Below are positions 37,323 to 47,209 of a stretch of 64,000 nucleotides of DNA, piece after piece. Numbering within the stretch: position 1 is the stretch's first letter; each line of letters starts with the position of its first letter. The DNA comes from Oscillospiraceae bacterium (lineage in GTDB: Bacteria > Bacillota > Clostridia > Oscillospirales > Oscillospiraceae). The stretch spans positions 71,586-135,585 of the forward strand of contig CACWYC010000001.1 of NCBI GenBank assembly GCA_902765025.1, read 5' to 3'. The notes below the pieces were generated by a model. The model was given only the letters and a program-made list of their open reading frames with translations. It was not told the origin of the DNA and did not search any database. Both the position numbers and the translations under genes were made by a program.

Positions 37323-38660
37323 ATGAAGAAAGAGCTTGGCCAGGAGGCCATCTACGACGCCCGTGAGCTGGGCGTACCCCGCATGCTGGTGCTGGGACTG
37401 CAGCACCTGTTCGCCATGTTCGGCGCCACCGTGCTGGTGCCCATCCTGGTGTCCGGCTACGGCCTGCCCCTGTCCATCCAGACCACGCTGCTGATGGCGG
37501 GTCTCGGCACGCTGCTGTTCCACATCTGCACCAAGCTGAAGGTGCCCGCCTTCCTGGGCTCCTCCTTCGCCTATCTGGGCGGCTTTGAGGCTGTGGCCCA
37601 GCTCAACTCCGGCAAGTACGCCGACATGAGCGGCGACGAGAAGCTGGCCTACGCCCTGGGTGGCGTGGTCGTCGCCGGCGCGCTGTACCTGGTGCTGGCC
37701 CTGCTGTTCAAGGTGGTGGGCGCCAAGAAGGTCATGCGCTACTTCCCGCCCATCGTCACCGGCCCCATGATCATCATGATCGGCCTGAACCTGGCGGGCT
37801 CCGCCATCAACAACGCCCAGACCAACTGGTGGCTGGCACTGGTGGCCATCGCGGTCATCATCGTGGCCAACATCTGGGGCAAGGGCATGATCAAGATCAT
37901 CCCCATCCTGCTGGGCGTGGTGGTGAGCTACATCGTGGCTCTCATCTTCGGCCAGGTGGATTTCACCGCCGTGTCCCAGGCCAACATCGTGGGCCTGCAG
38001 AAGTTCACCATTGCCAAGTTTGACCTGACTTCCATCCTGGTGATGGCCCCCATCGCCATCGCCGCCATGATGGAGCACATCGGCGACGTGTCCGCCATCT
38101 CCTCCACCACCGGCCGCAACTTCATCGAGGATCCCGGCCTGCACCGCACCCTGATGGGCGACGGCCTGGCCACCGCCTTCGCCGCCCTGTTCGGCGGCCC
38201 CGCCAACACCACCTACGGTGAGAACACCGGCGTGCTGGCCCTGAGCCGGGTGTACGATCCCCGGGTCATCCGCCTGGCTGCCGTGTACGCCATCATCCTC
38301 AGCTTCTCCCCCAAGTTTGACGCTCTGGTCAACTCCATTCCCGCGGCCATCGTGGGCGGCGTCAGCTTCATCCTGTACGGCATGATCTCCGCCGTGGGCG
38401 TGCGCAACATCGTGGAGAACCGGGTGGACCTCACCAAGAGCCGCAACCTGATTATCGCCGCCGTCATGTTCGTCAGCGGCCTGGGCTTCAGCGCTGTGGG
38501 CGGCATCACCTTCATGGTGGGCGACGCGGCCATCACCCTCACCGGCCTGGCCATCGCGGCCCTTGCCGGTGTGGCCCTCAACGCCGTCCTGCCCGGCAAC
38601 GACTACGAGTTCGGCGCCAACCCCGCTGCCGACAAGTCCGCCGACATGGGCAGCTATTGA
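37323..38660 (+). CDS. uraA: Nucleobase:cation symporter-2 (uracil/xanthine permease, UraA/PyrP-like)
   Basis: QHLFAMFGATVLVP, FLGSSFAY, EHIGD, NTTYGENTG signature. Confidence 0.92.
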   Translation: MKKELGQEAIYDARELGVPRMLVLGLQHLFAMFGATVLVPILVSGYGLPLSIQTTLLMAGLGTLLFHICTKLKVPAFLGSSFAYLGGFEAVAQLNSGKYADMSGDEKLAYALGGVVVAGALYLVLALLFKVVGAKKVMRYFPPIVTGPMIIMIGLNLAGSAINNAQTNWWLALVAIAVIIVANIWGKGMIKIIPILLGVVVSYIVALIFGQVDFTAVSQANIVGLQKFTIAKFDLTSILVMAPIAIAAMMEHIGDVSAISSTTGRNFIEDPGLHRTLMGDGLATAFAALFGGPANTTYGENTGVLALSRVYDPRVIRLAAVYAIILSFSPKFDALVNSIPAAIVGGVSFILYGMISAVGVRNIVENRVDLTKSRNLIIAAVMFVSGLGFSAVGGITFMVGDAAITLTGLAIAALAGVALNAVLPGNDYEFGANPAADKSADMGSY

Positions 38661-38854
38661 TTGGTAAACGGCATCGTTTTCCATAATTACAGATTATTTC
38701 CCTTGCCATAATGCGTGCTGCGTCTGCGGCACGCATTTTGGCTTTCCAAGTCCTTCCCTCAGACGGCAAATTGTGCTGAATATCGTCTTGACAGGCCGAT
38801 TTTGCTGTGTTACACATAAAAAAGTGTAAGGTAAAATGGGTTAAAGGGGGCTGC

Positions 38855-40219
38855 ATGATGAAGCGCTGGGAGCGGATAAAAGATGACGGTCTGCCAATGC
38901 TGGTGGTCAATCGGGTGATGCTGGGCGTTGTGATTCTGATTTCCGTATTCCTGATTGTCACCATGCTGCAGACGTACCACCAGTTCCTGGACCTCTCCCA
39001 GGCCACGGAGCAGTATATTGATTTGCAACAGGCGGCCAATAGCCTGCGGGATGCCTCAGACTATCTCACCGAGAAGGTGCAGCGCTTCACCGCCACCGGC
39101 GACAGAACCCAGATGGACGACTATTTTGAAGAGGTATTCACCACCCGCCGCCGGGAGAACGCCGTAGCGGTCATGGAGCAGGGGCAGCCCGACAGCGCCG
39201 CCCTTGCCGACTTGCGGAACGCCATGCGGGAATCTGTGGCGCTGACAGAGCGGGAGTATTACGCCATGCGCCTGGTGGTGGAGGCCACGGGGATGAAGGA
39301 CTACCCGGCGGCGCTGGATGAGGTGACGCTGTCCGCCGCAGACGCAGCCCTCCGCCCTACCCAGATGTGTGAGCTGGCCCGGGATATGGTACATGATGAC
39401 ACGTATTTCCTGGCTAAGGAGGAGATTTGGCGGAGCATGGAGCGCAGCGTGATGGCCCTGGAGGACGCCACCCACCAGGTGTGGCGGGATGCCATCGTGA
39501 AATTGCGGCGCCATATCCGCACCGTTTTCATCCTCATCCTTGCGCAGGTGGTGCAAATCGTGGCTATGGTGATGATGACGGTGCGTCTGGGCATCCGCCC
39601 GGTGCTGACGGCGGCCCGCCGTATCCGGGAGGACAGTCCCATTCCCGTGTCCGGCGCCCTGGAATTCCGGGTTCTGGCCAAGAGCTACAACAAGATGTAT
39701 GACGCCTACAAGCGCAGTATTGAGAATCTGAATTTCAAGGCGTCCCACGACGCCCTGACCCATGTGTATAACCGTGAGGGCTATGACTTGATCCTGTCCA
39801 CGCTGGATCTGCACTCCACCACCATGCTGCTGGTGGATGCCGACCATTTTAAGAAGATTAACGACACCTACGGCCACGAGACCGGCGACAAGGTGTTGCA
39901 GCGCATCGCCACCGCCCTCCGCCGCTGCTTCCGCTCTGACGACTACGTCTGCCGCCTGGGCGGTGACGAGCTTGCGGTGCTGATGGTGCATGCTGACAGC
40001 TCCCTGGATCAGCTGATTACCCAAAAGGTGGGGCGTGTCAACGAAATGCTGGCCGACAGCAGCGACGGTATGCCTGCCGTTTCCGTCAGCGTGGGCGTGG
40101 CCCACGGCGGCGATGCCCGGGACGCCGCGGAGCTGTACCGCCACGCCGACATGGCGCTGTACGAGACCAAGGAGAATGGCCGCGCCGGCTGCTCGTTTTA
40201 CCAGAACACCGTCGCGTGA
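38855..40219 (+). CDS. Membrane-anchored GGDEF-domain protein (GGDEL variant)
   Basis: Two TM helices flanking an extracytoplasmic domain; DALTHVYNR, DADHFKKINDTYGH, RLGGDEL, ADMALYETK. Confidence 0.88.
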   Translation: MMKRWERIKDDGLPMLVVNRVMLGVVILISVFLIVTMLQTYHQFLDLSQATEQYIDLQQAANSLRDASDYLTEKVQRFTATGDRTQMDDYFEEVFTTRRRENAVAVMEQGQPDSAALADLRNAMRESVALTEREYYAMRLVVEATGMKDYPAALDEVTLSAADAALRPTQMCELARDMVHDDTYFLAKEEIWRSMERSVMALEDATHQVWRDAIVKLRRHIRTVFILILAQVVQIVAMVMMTVRLGIRPVLTAARRIREDSPIPVSGALEFRVLAKSYNKMYDAYKRSIENLNFKASHDALTHVYNREGYDLILSTLDLHSTTMLLVDADHFKKINDTYGHETGDKVLQRIATALRRCFRSDDYVCRLGGDELAVLMVHADSSLDQLITQKVGRVNEMLADSSDGMPAVSVSVGVAHGGDARDAAELYRHADMALYETKENGRAGCSFYQNTVA

Positions 40220-40363
40220 ATTACCGGCAACAACTAACTGCAACAAGGCTGTTCTCCCCGGAGAACAGCCTTGTTTCTTGACTTTTTCGCCAAAATGGGT
40301 ATAATGTCCTTTCGATGGGCCCGATGGGCCCTCCCATTTTTGGCACGAAAGGGGCGGACAGCC

Positions 40364-41140
40364 GTGGAAAAGAAAAAAGCACCGTGGATTTACTATGTAG
40401 TGCGGTGGCTGGTGTGGCTGTTCTCCCCTAAATTCCGCATTGTGGGGCAGGAAAACCTGCCGGAGGGCGCCTGCGTCATCGTGGGCAACCACTGCCACGC
40501 CTACGGCCCCATCGCCGCGGAGATCTACACCCCCGGCCTCCATTACACCTGGTGCACCGGCGAGATGATGGAGCGCGGCGAGGTAGCGGACTACGCTTTT
40601 CGGGATTTCTGGTCCATGAAGCCCAAGTGGACGCTGTGGTTTTTCCGCCTGCTGAGCCACGCCATTGTTCCATTGTCGCTGCTGGTGTTCCGCAACGCCT
40701 ACACCATCCCCGTCTACCACGACAGCCGCATTCTCACCACCTTCCGCCAGACGGGGCAGCACCTTGCCGAGGGCGCGCGCATCACCATCTTTCCGGAGAC
40801 GTACACGCCCCACAATAACATTGTGTATCAATTCCAGTATCGGTTTCTCGACCTGGGCAGGATGTACCGAAAGAAGGTGGGGCGGGATTTGCCCTTTGTG
40901 CCTATGTACCTGGCCCCCAAGCTGAAAACCGTGTATTACGGCAAGCCCATCTATTTCGACCCCGACGCCCCTCTGGATGAGGAGCGGCAGCGGGTGTGCC
41001 GCGCCCTGATGGACGCGGTGACGGATATGGCGGTGGCGCTGCCCAGGCATAAGGTGGTGCCCTATCCCAACGTGTCCGCCCGCCACTTCCGCTACAACAC
41101 TCCCCTTGAGGTATATGACCATGACCAAAACGCTCTATGA
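40364..41140 (+). CDS. PlsC-like acyltransferase family protein
   Basis: IVGNH block I and IFPE block III; the HX4D aspartate is replaced (NHCHAYGP). Confidence 0.7.
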   Translation: MEKKKAPWIYYVVRWLVWLFSPKFRIVGQENLPEGACVIVGNHCHAYGPIAAEIYTPGLHYTWCTGEMMERGEVADYAFRDFWSMKPKWTLWFFRLLSHAIVPLSLLVFRNAYTIPVYHDSRILTTFRQTGQHLAEGARITIFPETYTPHNNIVYQFQYRFLDLGRMYRKKVGRDLPFVPMYLAPKLKTVYYGKPIYFDPDAPLDEERQRVCRALMDAVTDMAVALPRHKVVPYPNVSARHFRYNTPLEVYDHDQNAL

Positions 41141-41804
41141 CTACCGGGGTTTTTCGCTGCGCAAGCTGAACGAGCCCCGCTTTGCCCACGCCAAGCTGCT
41201 GCTGGGTTGGGTGGTGTATTTCTGCCTGTATTTCATCACGGAGAATCTGATTCCCGTTTCTCGCTGCCACGTGGTTCACTCCGCCCTGGACGATAGGATC
41301 CCCTTCAATGAGTGGTTTGCCATTTTCTATGTGGGCTGGTTTTTCTTCGTGTTCGGCGCCCTGGCTTTCACGTTATTCTACGACGTGCCCCGGTTCCGGA
41401 AGATTCAGCTCTTCATTATGGGTACCCAGGCCATCGCCATGGTGTGCTATATCGTCTATCCCACGGTGCAGGATCTGCGTCCGGCGGCGTTCCCCCGGGA
41501 AAATCTGCTGACCTGGGTCATGGGCATCATCTACGCCTTCGACACCCCCACCGGCGTGTGCCCCTCCCTCCATGTGGGATACTCCATCGGCATATTGTCC
41601 ACCGTGTTGAAGGACAGGGACCTGCCCGCCTGGCTGCGGTGCGCCGCCACGGTGTTCGTGGTGATGGTGTGCCTGGCGGTGTGCTTCGTCAAGCAGCATT
41701 CTACCATCGATGTGCTGGCGGCGATGCCCATGTGCCTCGTCGTAGAAGCGGCGGTGTACGGCAAGGACTACTGGCTGCCCAGATTCCGGCACAAAACCGT
41801 ATAA
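41115..41804 (+). CDS. PAP2-superfamily membrane protein
   Basis: Multi-TM; LDDRIPF, CPSLHVG, KQHSTID motifs. Confidence 0.82.
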   Translation: MTMTKTLYDYRGFSLRKLNEPRFAHAKLLLGWVVYFCLYFITENLIPVSRCHVVHSALDDRIPFNEWFAIFYVGWFFFVFGALAFTLFYDVPRFRKIQLFIMGTQAIAMVCYIVYPTVQDLRPAAFPRENLLTWVMGIIYAFDTPTGVCPSLHVGYSIGILSTVLKDRDLPAWLRCAATVFVVMVCLAVCFVKQHSTIDVLAAMPMCLVVEAAVYGKDYWLPRFRHKTV

Positions 41805-41807
41805 ATT

Positions 41808-41839
41808 AAAAGCGTTTCCCACATCGGGAAACGCTTTTT
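41808..41839. terminator. Bidirectional terminator
   Basis: AAAAGCGTTTCCC-acatc-GGGAAACGCTTTTT. Confidence 0.8.
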
Positions 41840-41843
41840 GACG

Positions 41844-42287
41844 TTATAAGATACCTATTTCCACCAAATCGGGCACCTGGCTTTCGCCGTATACGATGAC
41901 GCCGTTTTGCCGCAGCAGCTCCGCCGTCACGCCCCAGCCGTCGGTTAGCGTGTGGGTAAAGGTGCCGTCATAGATCTGCCCGCTGCCGCAGGCAGGGCTC
42001 CGCTCCTTCAAAATGGCCATTTTTGCGCCGTAGAGGCCCGCAAGCCGCGCCACCTCCGCCGCGCCCCGGCGGTATTCCGCCGTCACGTCCTGCCCGGCAG
42101 CGTTGATTACCCTGTCGTCCCGGCGCTCCGAGGGGATGCGGGGCGTGGGCAGGCCGCCCATCGCCTCGCCGCAGACGGGAATCAGCGTGTGGCGCCCCAG
42201 CAGCGCCAGAACGGCATCGTGGGGCTTGCTCTCGCCGTCGTAGCGGCACCCCACCCCCAGGAGACAGGCGCTTACCAGAATGATCAC
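41844..42287 (-). CDS. DUF523 / 2-thiouracil desulfurase (TudS) family protein
   Basis: ILVSACLLG-x2-CRYDG, VC-x-E-x2-GGLPTPR, ILKERSPACG; GTG start overlaps the upstream stop. Confidence 0.85.
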   Translation of the reverse strand: MIILVSACLLGVGCRYDGESKPHDAVLALLGRHTLIPVCGEAMGGLPTPRIPSERRDDRVINAAGQDVTAEYRRGAAEVARLAGLYGAKMAILKERSPACGSGQIYDGTFTHTLTDGWGVTAELLRQNGVIVYGESQVPDLVEIGIL

Positions 42288-42757
42288 AGCGCCAGCTCCT
42301 TTCCGTTCAGTGCGGCGTAGGTCAGCGTGTCGCCGGCGTATTGCAGTTTCAGCGAAAAGAAGGGGGAGGGGTCGTGGATGAGCCGGAGGAAGATTTTGTC
42401 CCCCTCCCACTGGGGCAGGGCCGCCAAATCGTCCTTGTGGAGCCATTCCAACACGCCCTCGTCGCATTCCCGCACCGTGCCGGTGAAGCCGGTGGCGGTA
42501 AAAAGGTGCATATATTCCCCCTCCCAGACGTCGCTGACAAAGGTGACGATGCCCCGGTATTGGTAGTCTGTCAGCGTCAGGCCAGTTTCCTCCTGCACCT
42601 CCCGCAGCAAGCACTCTTCCGGGCTTTCCCCCTCCTCGCACTTGCCGCCCACGCCGATCCACTTGTCGTGGTTCAGGTCGTTTTCCTTTTTTACCCGGTG
42701 CAGCATCAGATATTCGCCCCGGTTGTTTTCAATATAGCAAAGGGTGGTGTTCTTCAT
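42284..42757 (-). CDS. Nudix hydrolase, MutT/MutX-like 8-oxo-dGTPase
   Basis: TTLCYI, KWIGVGGK-x-E-x-GESPEECLLREVQEETGL, LPQWEGD. Confidence 0.9.
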   Translation of the reverse strand: MKNTTLCYIENNRGEYLMLHRVKKENDLNHDKWIGVGGKCEEGESPEECLLREVQEETGLTLTDYQYRGIVTFVSDVWEGEYMHLFTATGFTGTVRECDEGVLEWLHKDDLAALPQWEGDKIFLRLIHDPSPFFSLKLQYAGDTLTYAALNGKELAL

Positions 42758-42850
42758 GGCCCGTCCTCCCAAAATTTTTTTGCTATTATACCATAGGTTT
42801 TGCCTTTTGCCCAGCCCTGTGGTAAAATAGGGAGAAAAGGAGGGGATTGC

Positions 42851-43066
42851 ATGGAGGAAATCAGACCCGGGCGCTACCGCCATTTCAAGGGGAACGAATA
42901 CCGCGTGCTGGGCATGGCCCGCCACTCGGAGACCATGGAGCCCATGGTGGTGTACCAGGCGCTGTACGGCGAGGGCGGCCTTTGGGTGCGTCCGGCGGCT
43001 ATGTGGAACGAGCGGGTTGTCCGGGACGGCTACGACGGCCCCCGGTTCACATTCATCGAGCCATGA
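42851..43066 (+). CDS. DUF1653 family protein
   Basis: GRYRHFKGNEY, HSET-x-E-x-MVVYQALY, WVRP-x2-MW, PRF. Confidence 0.9.
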   Translation: MEEIRPGRYRHFKGNEYRVLGMARHSETMEPMVVYQALYGEGGLWVRPAAMWNERVVRDGYDGPRFTFIEP

Positions 43067-43575
43067 CCTACCGGCTCATCCGCTCCCGCCGCCGCACGGT
43101 GGCCCTGGAGATCACCCGGGAGGGGGAAGTGGTGGTGCGTGCGCCGCTGCGGATGCCCCAGCGGGACATTGACGCTTTTGTATCGTCCAAGGAACGGTGG
43201 CTGGCGGAGCATTTGGCCCGGCAGCAATCGTACCGGCAGGCCCATCCGCCCTTGACCGAGGAGGAAAAGGAGACGCTGCGCCGCCGGGCCAAGGCGTATC
43301 TGCCCCCGCGGGTGGACTACTACGCCGCCCTCATGGGGGTGACGCCCACGGCGGTGCATATCACCTCCGCCCGCACCCGGTTCGGAAGCTGCTCGGGGAA
43401 GAACAGCATCAGCTTTTCGCTGTACCTCATGCAGTACCCCGACGAGGCCATCGACTATGTGGTGGTACACGAGCTGGCCCACATCCGCCACCATGACCAC
43501 AGCCCCGCGTTCTACGCCGAGGTGGCAAAGGTGATGCCAGACTACCGGCAGCGTCAGGCCCTGCTGCGGCCGTAA
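43063..43575 (+). CDS. YgjP/DUF45-type zinc metallopeptidase
   Basis: RSRRRT, RFGSCS, YVVVHELAHIRHHDHS. Confidence 0.9.
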   Translation: MTYRLIRSRRRTVALEITREGEVVVRAPLRMPQRDIDAFVSSKERWLAEHLARQQSYRQAHPPLTEEEKETLRRRAKAYLPPRVDYYAALMGVTPTAVHITSARTRFGSCSGKNSISFSLYLMQYPDEAIDYVVVHELAHIRHHDHSPAFYAEVAKVMPDYRQRQALLRP

Positions 43576-43633
43576 ATCATGAAATTCCGGGCCAATACCC
43601 GGGAATGAATACATAAGGAGAACAAACGAAACG

Positions 43634-44662
43634 ATGAAAAGGATTTTTGCTTTACTGTTGGCTTTAACACTGGTATTGTTGATGACTGCCTGCGGCGGAA
43701 ACGCCCCTGCCACCGCCCCGGAGACCGAGCCGGAAACGGTGAGCGAACCCCAGGGCACAGACGTGAACATCTACGTGCTGTCCGGCCCCACCGGCATCGG
43801 AGCCATGAATCTCTGGGCCCGCTCCGACGCAGGGGAGACCGCCAACACCTACCATTTTACCATGCCCGGCGCCAACGATGAGGTGGTGGCGGCGGTATCC
43901 GGCGGCCAGGTGGACATCGCCTGCGTGGCCACCAACCTGGCGGCGACGCTGTACAACAAGACCCAGGGCGGCGTGTCCGTGCTGGCGGTGAACACGTTGG
44001 GCGTGCTGTCCATCCTGGCCCCCGGTGAGGCCCCTGCCGCCATTGGCGACCTGAAGGGCCGCACCATCTATTCCCCCGGCCAGGGGGCCAACCCGGAGTA
44101 CGTTCTCCGTTACGTCCTCACCGGCAACGGACTTGACCCCGACAGCGACGTGGACATTCACTTCGTGGGCGAGGGCAGCGAGCTGATGACCGTCTGGCAG
44201 AGCGACCCGGAGGCCCTCATCATGGCGCCCCAGCCGGTGGCCACCAGCCTTATGATGCAGACAAAGGACAGCGAGCTGCCCGCTGTAAAGGCGTTTGACA
44301 TGACAGAGGAGTGGGACAAGATTGCCGGTGGCGACAGCACCTTGATGATGGGCTGCGTTATCGTCAACAATCAGTTCCTGGCGGAGCATCCCGATGCGGT
44401 GGCCCTCTTCCTGGACGAGTACGCCGCCTCTATTGAGACCTCCCAGACCGACGTGGAGGGCACGGCAGCCCTGTGCGAGCAATACGGCCTCATTCCCAAG
44501 GCGGCCCTGGCGGCCAAGGCCATCCCCCAGTGCGGCTTGACGTTCCTCACCGGCGATGCGATGAAGGCGGGCCTTTCCGGCTACCTGCAGGTGATGTTCG
44601 ACGCCAATCCCAAGAGCGTAGGCGGCGCCATGCCGGCGGACGACTTCTACTATGGGACGTAA
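43634..44662 (+). CDS. NitT/TauT-family ABC substrate-binding lipoprotein
   Basis: Lipobox LLMTAC; GPTGIG, VNTLGVL, GQGANPEYVL. Confidence 0.85.
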   Translation: MKRIFALLLALTLVLLMTACGGNAPATAPETEPETVSEPQGTDVNIYVLSGPTGIGAMNLWARSDAGETANTYHFTMPGANDEVVAAVSGGQVDIACVATNLAATLYNKTQGGVSVLAVNTLGVLSILAPGEAPAAIGDLKGRTIYSPGQGANPEYVLRYVLTGNGLDPDSDVDIHFVGEGSELMTVWQSDPEALIMAPQPVATSLMMQTKDSELPAVKAFDMTEEWDKIAGGDSTLMMGCVIVNNQFLAEHPDAVALFLDEYAASIETSQTDVEGTAALCEQYGLIPKAALAAKAIPQCGLTFLTGDAMKAGLSGYLQVMFDANPKSVGGAMPADDFYYGT

Positions 44663-45395
44663 CGGCTGGCGATACGCTGCTGCGGCGGTGTTTTGGCTGG
44701 CGGTGTGGCAATTTGCCGCCGCAGCCGCCAACCGGACGCTGCTGATCCCCATCCCCACGCCGCTGGATACGGCGGCGGCCCTGTGGCGCTTTGCAGGGCA
44801 GGGCAGCTTCTATCTGACGGTGGGGGCCTCACTGCTGCGGATTCTGGCGGGGTTTCTCTTGGCCCTTATCGTAGGCACGGTGTGCGCCGTGCTATCCGCA
44901 AAATGGGAGTGGTTCCGGGTACTCACGGCCCCGGTGCTGAGCCTGATTCGGGCCATCCCGGTGGCCAGCTTTACCATTCTGGTGTTTCTCTGGGTCAGCC
45001 GGGGCCGCATCCCCAGCGCCATCAGCTTTTTCACCGTGCTGCCCATTGTGTGGGCCGATGTGGAGAGCGGCATCCGCACGGCGGACAGGCAGCTTTCCGA
45101 GATGGCCCGGGTGTTCGGCATGGGCCGCTGGCAGATTCTGCGGCGCATCACGCTGCCGGAGGCGGCGCCCTTCTTTCGCACCGCCGTGGCCGGGGGCCTG
45201 GGCTTTGCCTGGAAATCCGGCGTGGCGGCAGAGGTGATCTGCCGCAGCCAAACGTCCATCGGCAACCTGCTGTGGGCGGGCAAAACCTCCGTCAGCTATG
45301 ACGAGGTGTTTGCCGTCACGCTGGTGATTGTGCTGCTCAGCGCCGCTCTCCAATGGGTGGCCCGGCGGATTCTGAAAGGGGGCGGCGAACCGTGA
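44652..45395 (+). CDS. NitT/TauT-family ABC permease
   Basis: IRAIPVAS, EMARVFG EAA-like loop, GFAWKSGVAAEV. Confidence 0.88.
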   Translation: MGRNGWRYAAAAVFWLAVWQFAAAAANRTLLIPIPTPLDTAAALWRFAGQGSFYLTVGASLLRILAGFLLALIVGTVCAVLSAKWEWFRVLTAPVLSLIRAIPVASFTILVFLWVSRGRIPSAISFFTVLPIVWADVESGIRTADRQLSEMARVFGMGRWQILRRITLPEAAPFFRTAVAGGLGFAWKSGVAAEVICRSQTSIGNLLWAGKTSVSYDEVFAVTLVIVLLSAALQWVARRILKGGGEP

Positions 45396-45952
45396 TTACC
45401 CTGGAAAACGTGACCTTCGGCTACACGCCCCGTCGGATGCTCATAGAAAACCTGTCCCTGACGGCAGCACCCGGGCAGCCTGTCTGCCTGTGGGGCCCCT
45501 CCGGCTGCGGCAAGACCACGGTGCTGCGCCTGGTGATGGGGCTGGAAAAGCCCCGCTCGGGTCAAATCATCCGCCCGGAGGGATTGCGGATATCGGCGGT
45601 GTTCCAGGAGGACAGGCTGATTCGCACCAAAACCGCCCTGGAAAACGTGACCCTCTTTGCCCCGGAAACCGCAGCGGAGGAAATGCTGCGCCGCCTGGGA
45701 CTGGGCGATGGGCTCCACCAGCGCCCGGCGGCCCTGTCCGGCGGTATGCGGCGGCGGGTGGCCCTGGCCCGGGCGTTGGCCCACCCCTTCGAGGCGCTGG
45801 TGCTGGACGAGGCCCTCACCGGCCTGGATGACGACACCAAGGCCGTCTGTCTGGAGGCCATCCGTGAGGCGGCGGCAGGGAAATACCTGCTGCTGGCCAC
45901 CCACGACAGGGCCGAGGCGGAAGCCCTGGGCGCCACCATTGTCAGACTATAA
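45392..45952 (+). CDS. ABC ATP-binding protein (NitT/TauT family)
   Basis: GPSGCGKTT, VFQEDRL, LSGGMRRR, LDE. Confidence 0.9.
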   Translation: MITLENVTFGYTPRRMLIENLSLTAAPGQPVCLWGPSGCGKTTVLRLVMGLEKPRSGQIIRPEGLRISAVFQEDRLIRTKTALENVTLFAPETAAEEMLRRLGLGDGLHQRPAALSGGMRRRVALARALAHPFEALVLDEALTGLDDDTKAVCLEAIREAAAGKYLLLATHDRAEAEALGATIVRL

Positions 45953-46321
45953 AATAAAAGAGAGGCGCAAACAGCGTCTCTCTTTTACTTCGTCAGAATA
46001 ATTTTTGAGGAGGTTGACTGTCAGCAACTGCGCGGAGCGACCCGCGCAGCTGCGGCAGCCTTTGAGGATAGAAAGGAAAAGCAATTCAGTAATGAATTAC
46101 AATGCGTACATTACACCATAAGGAAAAAATTATAAAGCGACAATATATCATTCTACCATGACAAAATGTAATGTATGTACCGAAAACGGGTATTTGACGG
46201 GCTGCCTGTTCATAATTTGCCCAAATATAGGTGAATTGCTGTGAATTCAGAAAGATAACTTGCATTTATCGTAGCCATATAGTATACTCATCGATGAAAT
46301 TATGTCATGGGGAGGCGGGCC

Positions 46322-47194
46322 ATGGACAGCAAAAAACTGGAAGCGCTGGTGACAGCGGTGGAGCTGGGCAGCTTTACCCAGGCGGCGGCCCAACTTGGCT
46401 ACACCCAGTCCGGCATGACCCACATGATGAACAGCCTGGAAAAGGAGCTGGGCTTTGCGGTGCTGGTGCGCTCCCGCAGCGGCGTGCATCTCACGGCGGC
46501 AGGGGAGCGGGTGTTCCCTTTGGTCAAGGACTGCCTGCGGTCCCACCGGATGTTGGAGCGGGAAATCCGCATGGTCAACAGCCGCAAGGAGGATGCCATC
46601 CGGGTGGCCGCCTATGGCAGCATTGCCACCCATTGGCTGCCGGCAGTAATACGGCAGTTTCGCGCCGAGCACAAAGAAATCAGCGTGGATTTGCGTGTTG
46701 GCCCCGTAGAGGAGGTGTTCCGTGCCGTCCGGGAGGGCAGGGCAGACGTGGCCTTTGCCAGCCGCCGCGACAGCAGTGACCTGGGCTGGCTCCCGCTGAA
46801 GGACGACCCGCTTCTGGCGGTGCTGCCCCAGGACTATGACGTGCAGGGGGCGGACAGCTTTCCCATGGAGGCCTTTTCCGGCAAGGATTTTTTCCTGCCT
46901 GCCATGGGCTTTGAGGTGGACATTCTGCCCCCTTTAAGCCGCCGGGGCGTCACCCCCAATATCCAGAATACCCAGGTCAGCGACAGCGCCGTCATCTCCC
47001 TGGTGGAGCAGGGCCTGGGGCTCAGCATCCTGTCGGAGCTGGTGCTGACAGGCCGCCGCGACGCCGTCCAGGCACTGCCCCTAATGCCGCCTGCGGTTCG
47101 GGAGCTGGGCATCGCCTACCGCAGCAACGAGCCCCTCTCTCCCTTGATCCGCCAATTCATGCGCGTGGCCCAGGAGGCCATACAAAATCTTTAA
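46322..47194 (+). CDS. LysR-family transcriptional regulator
   Basis: GSFTQAAAQLGYTQSG-x-THMMNSLEKELG HTH plus substrate-binding domain. Confidence 0.93.
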   Translation: MDSKKLEALVTAVELGSFTQAAAQLGYTQSGMTHMMNSLEKELGFAVLVRSRSGVHLTAAGERVFPLVKDCLRSHRMLEREIRMVNSRKEDAIRVAAYGSIATHWLPAVIRQFRAEHKEISVDLRVGPVEEVFRAVREGRADVAFASRRDSSDLGWLPLKDDPLLAVLPQDYDVQGADSFPMEAFSGKDFFLPAMGFEVDILPPLSRRGVTPNIQNTQVSDSAVISLVEQGLGLSILSELVLTGRRDAVQALPLMPPAVRELGIAYRSNEPLSPLIRQFMRVAQEAIQNL

Positions 47195-47209
47195 GCAACG
47201 AGGAATGTT

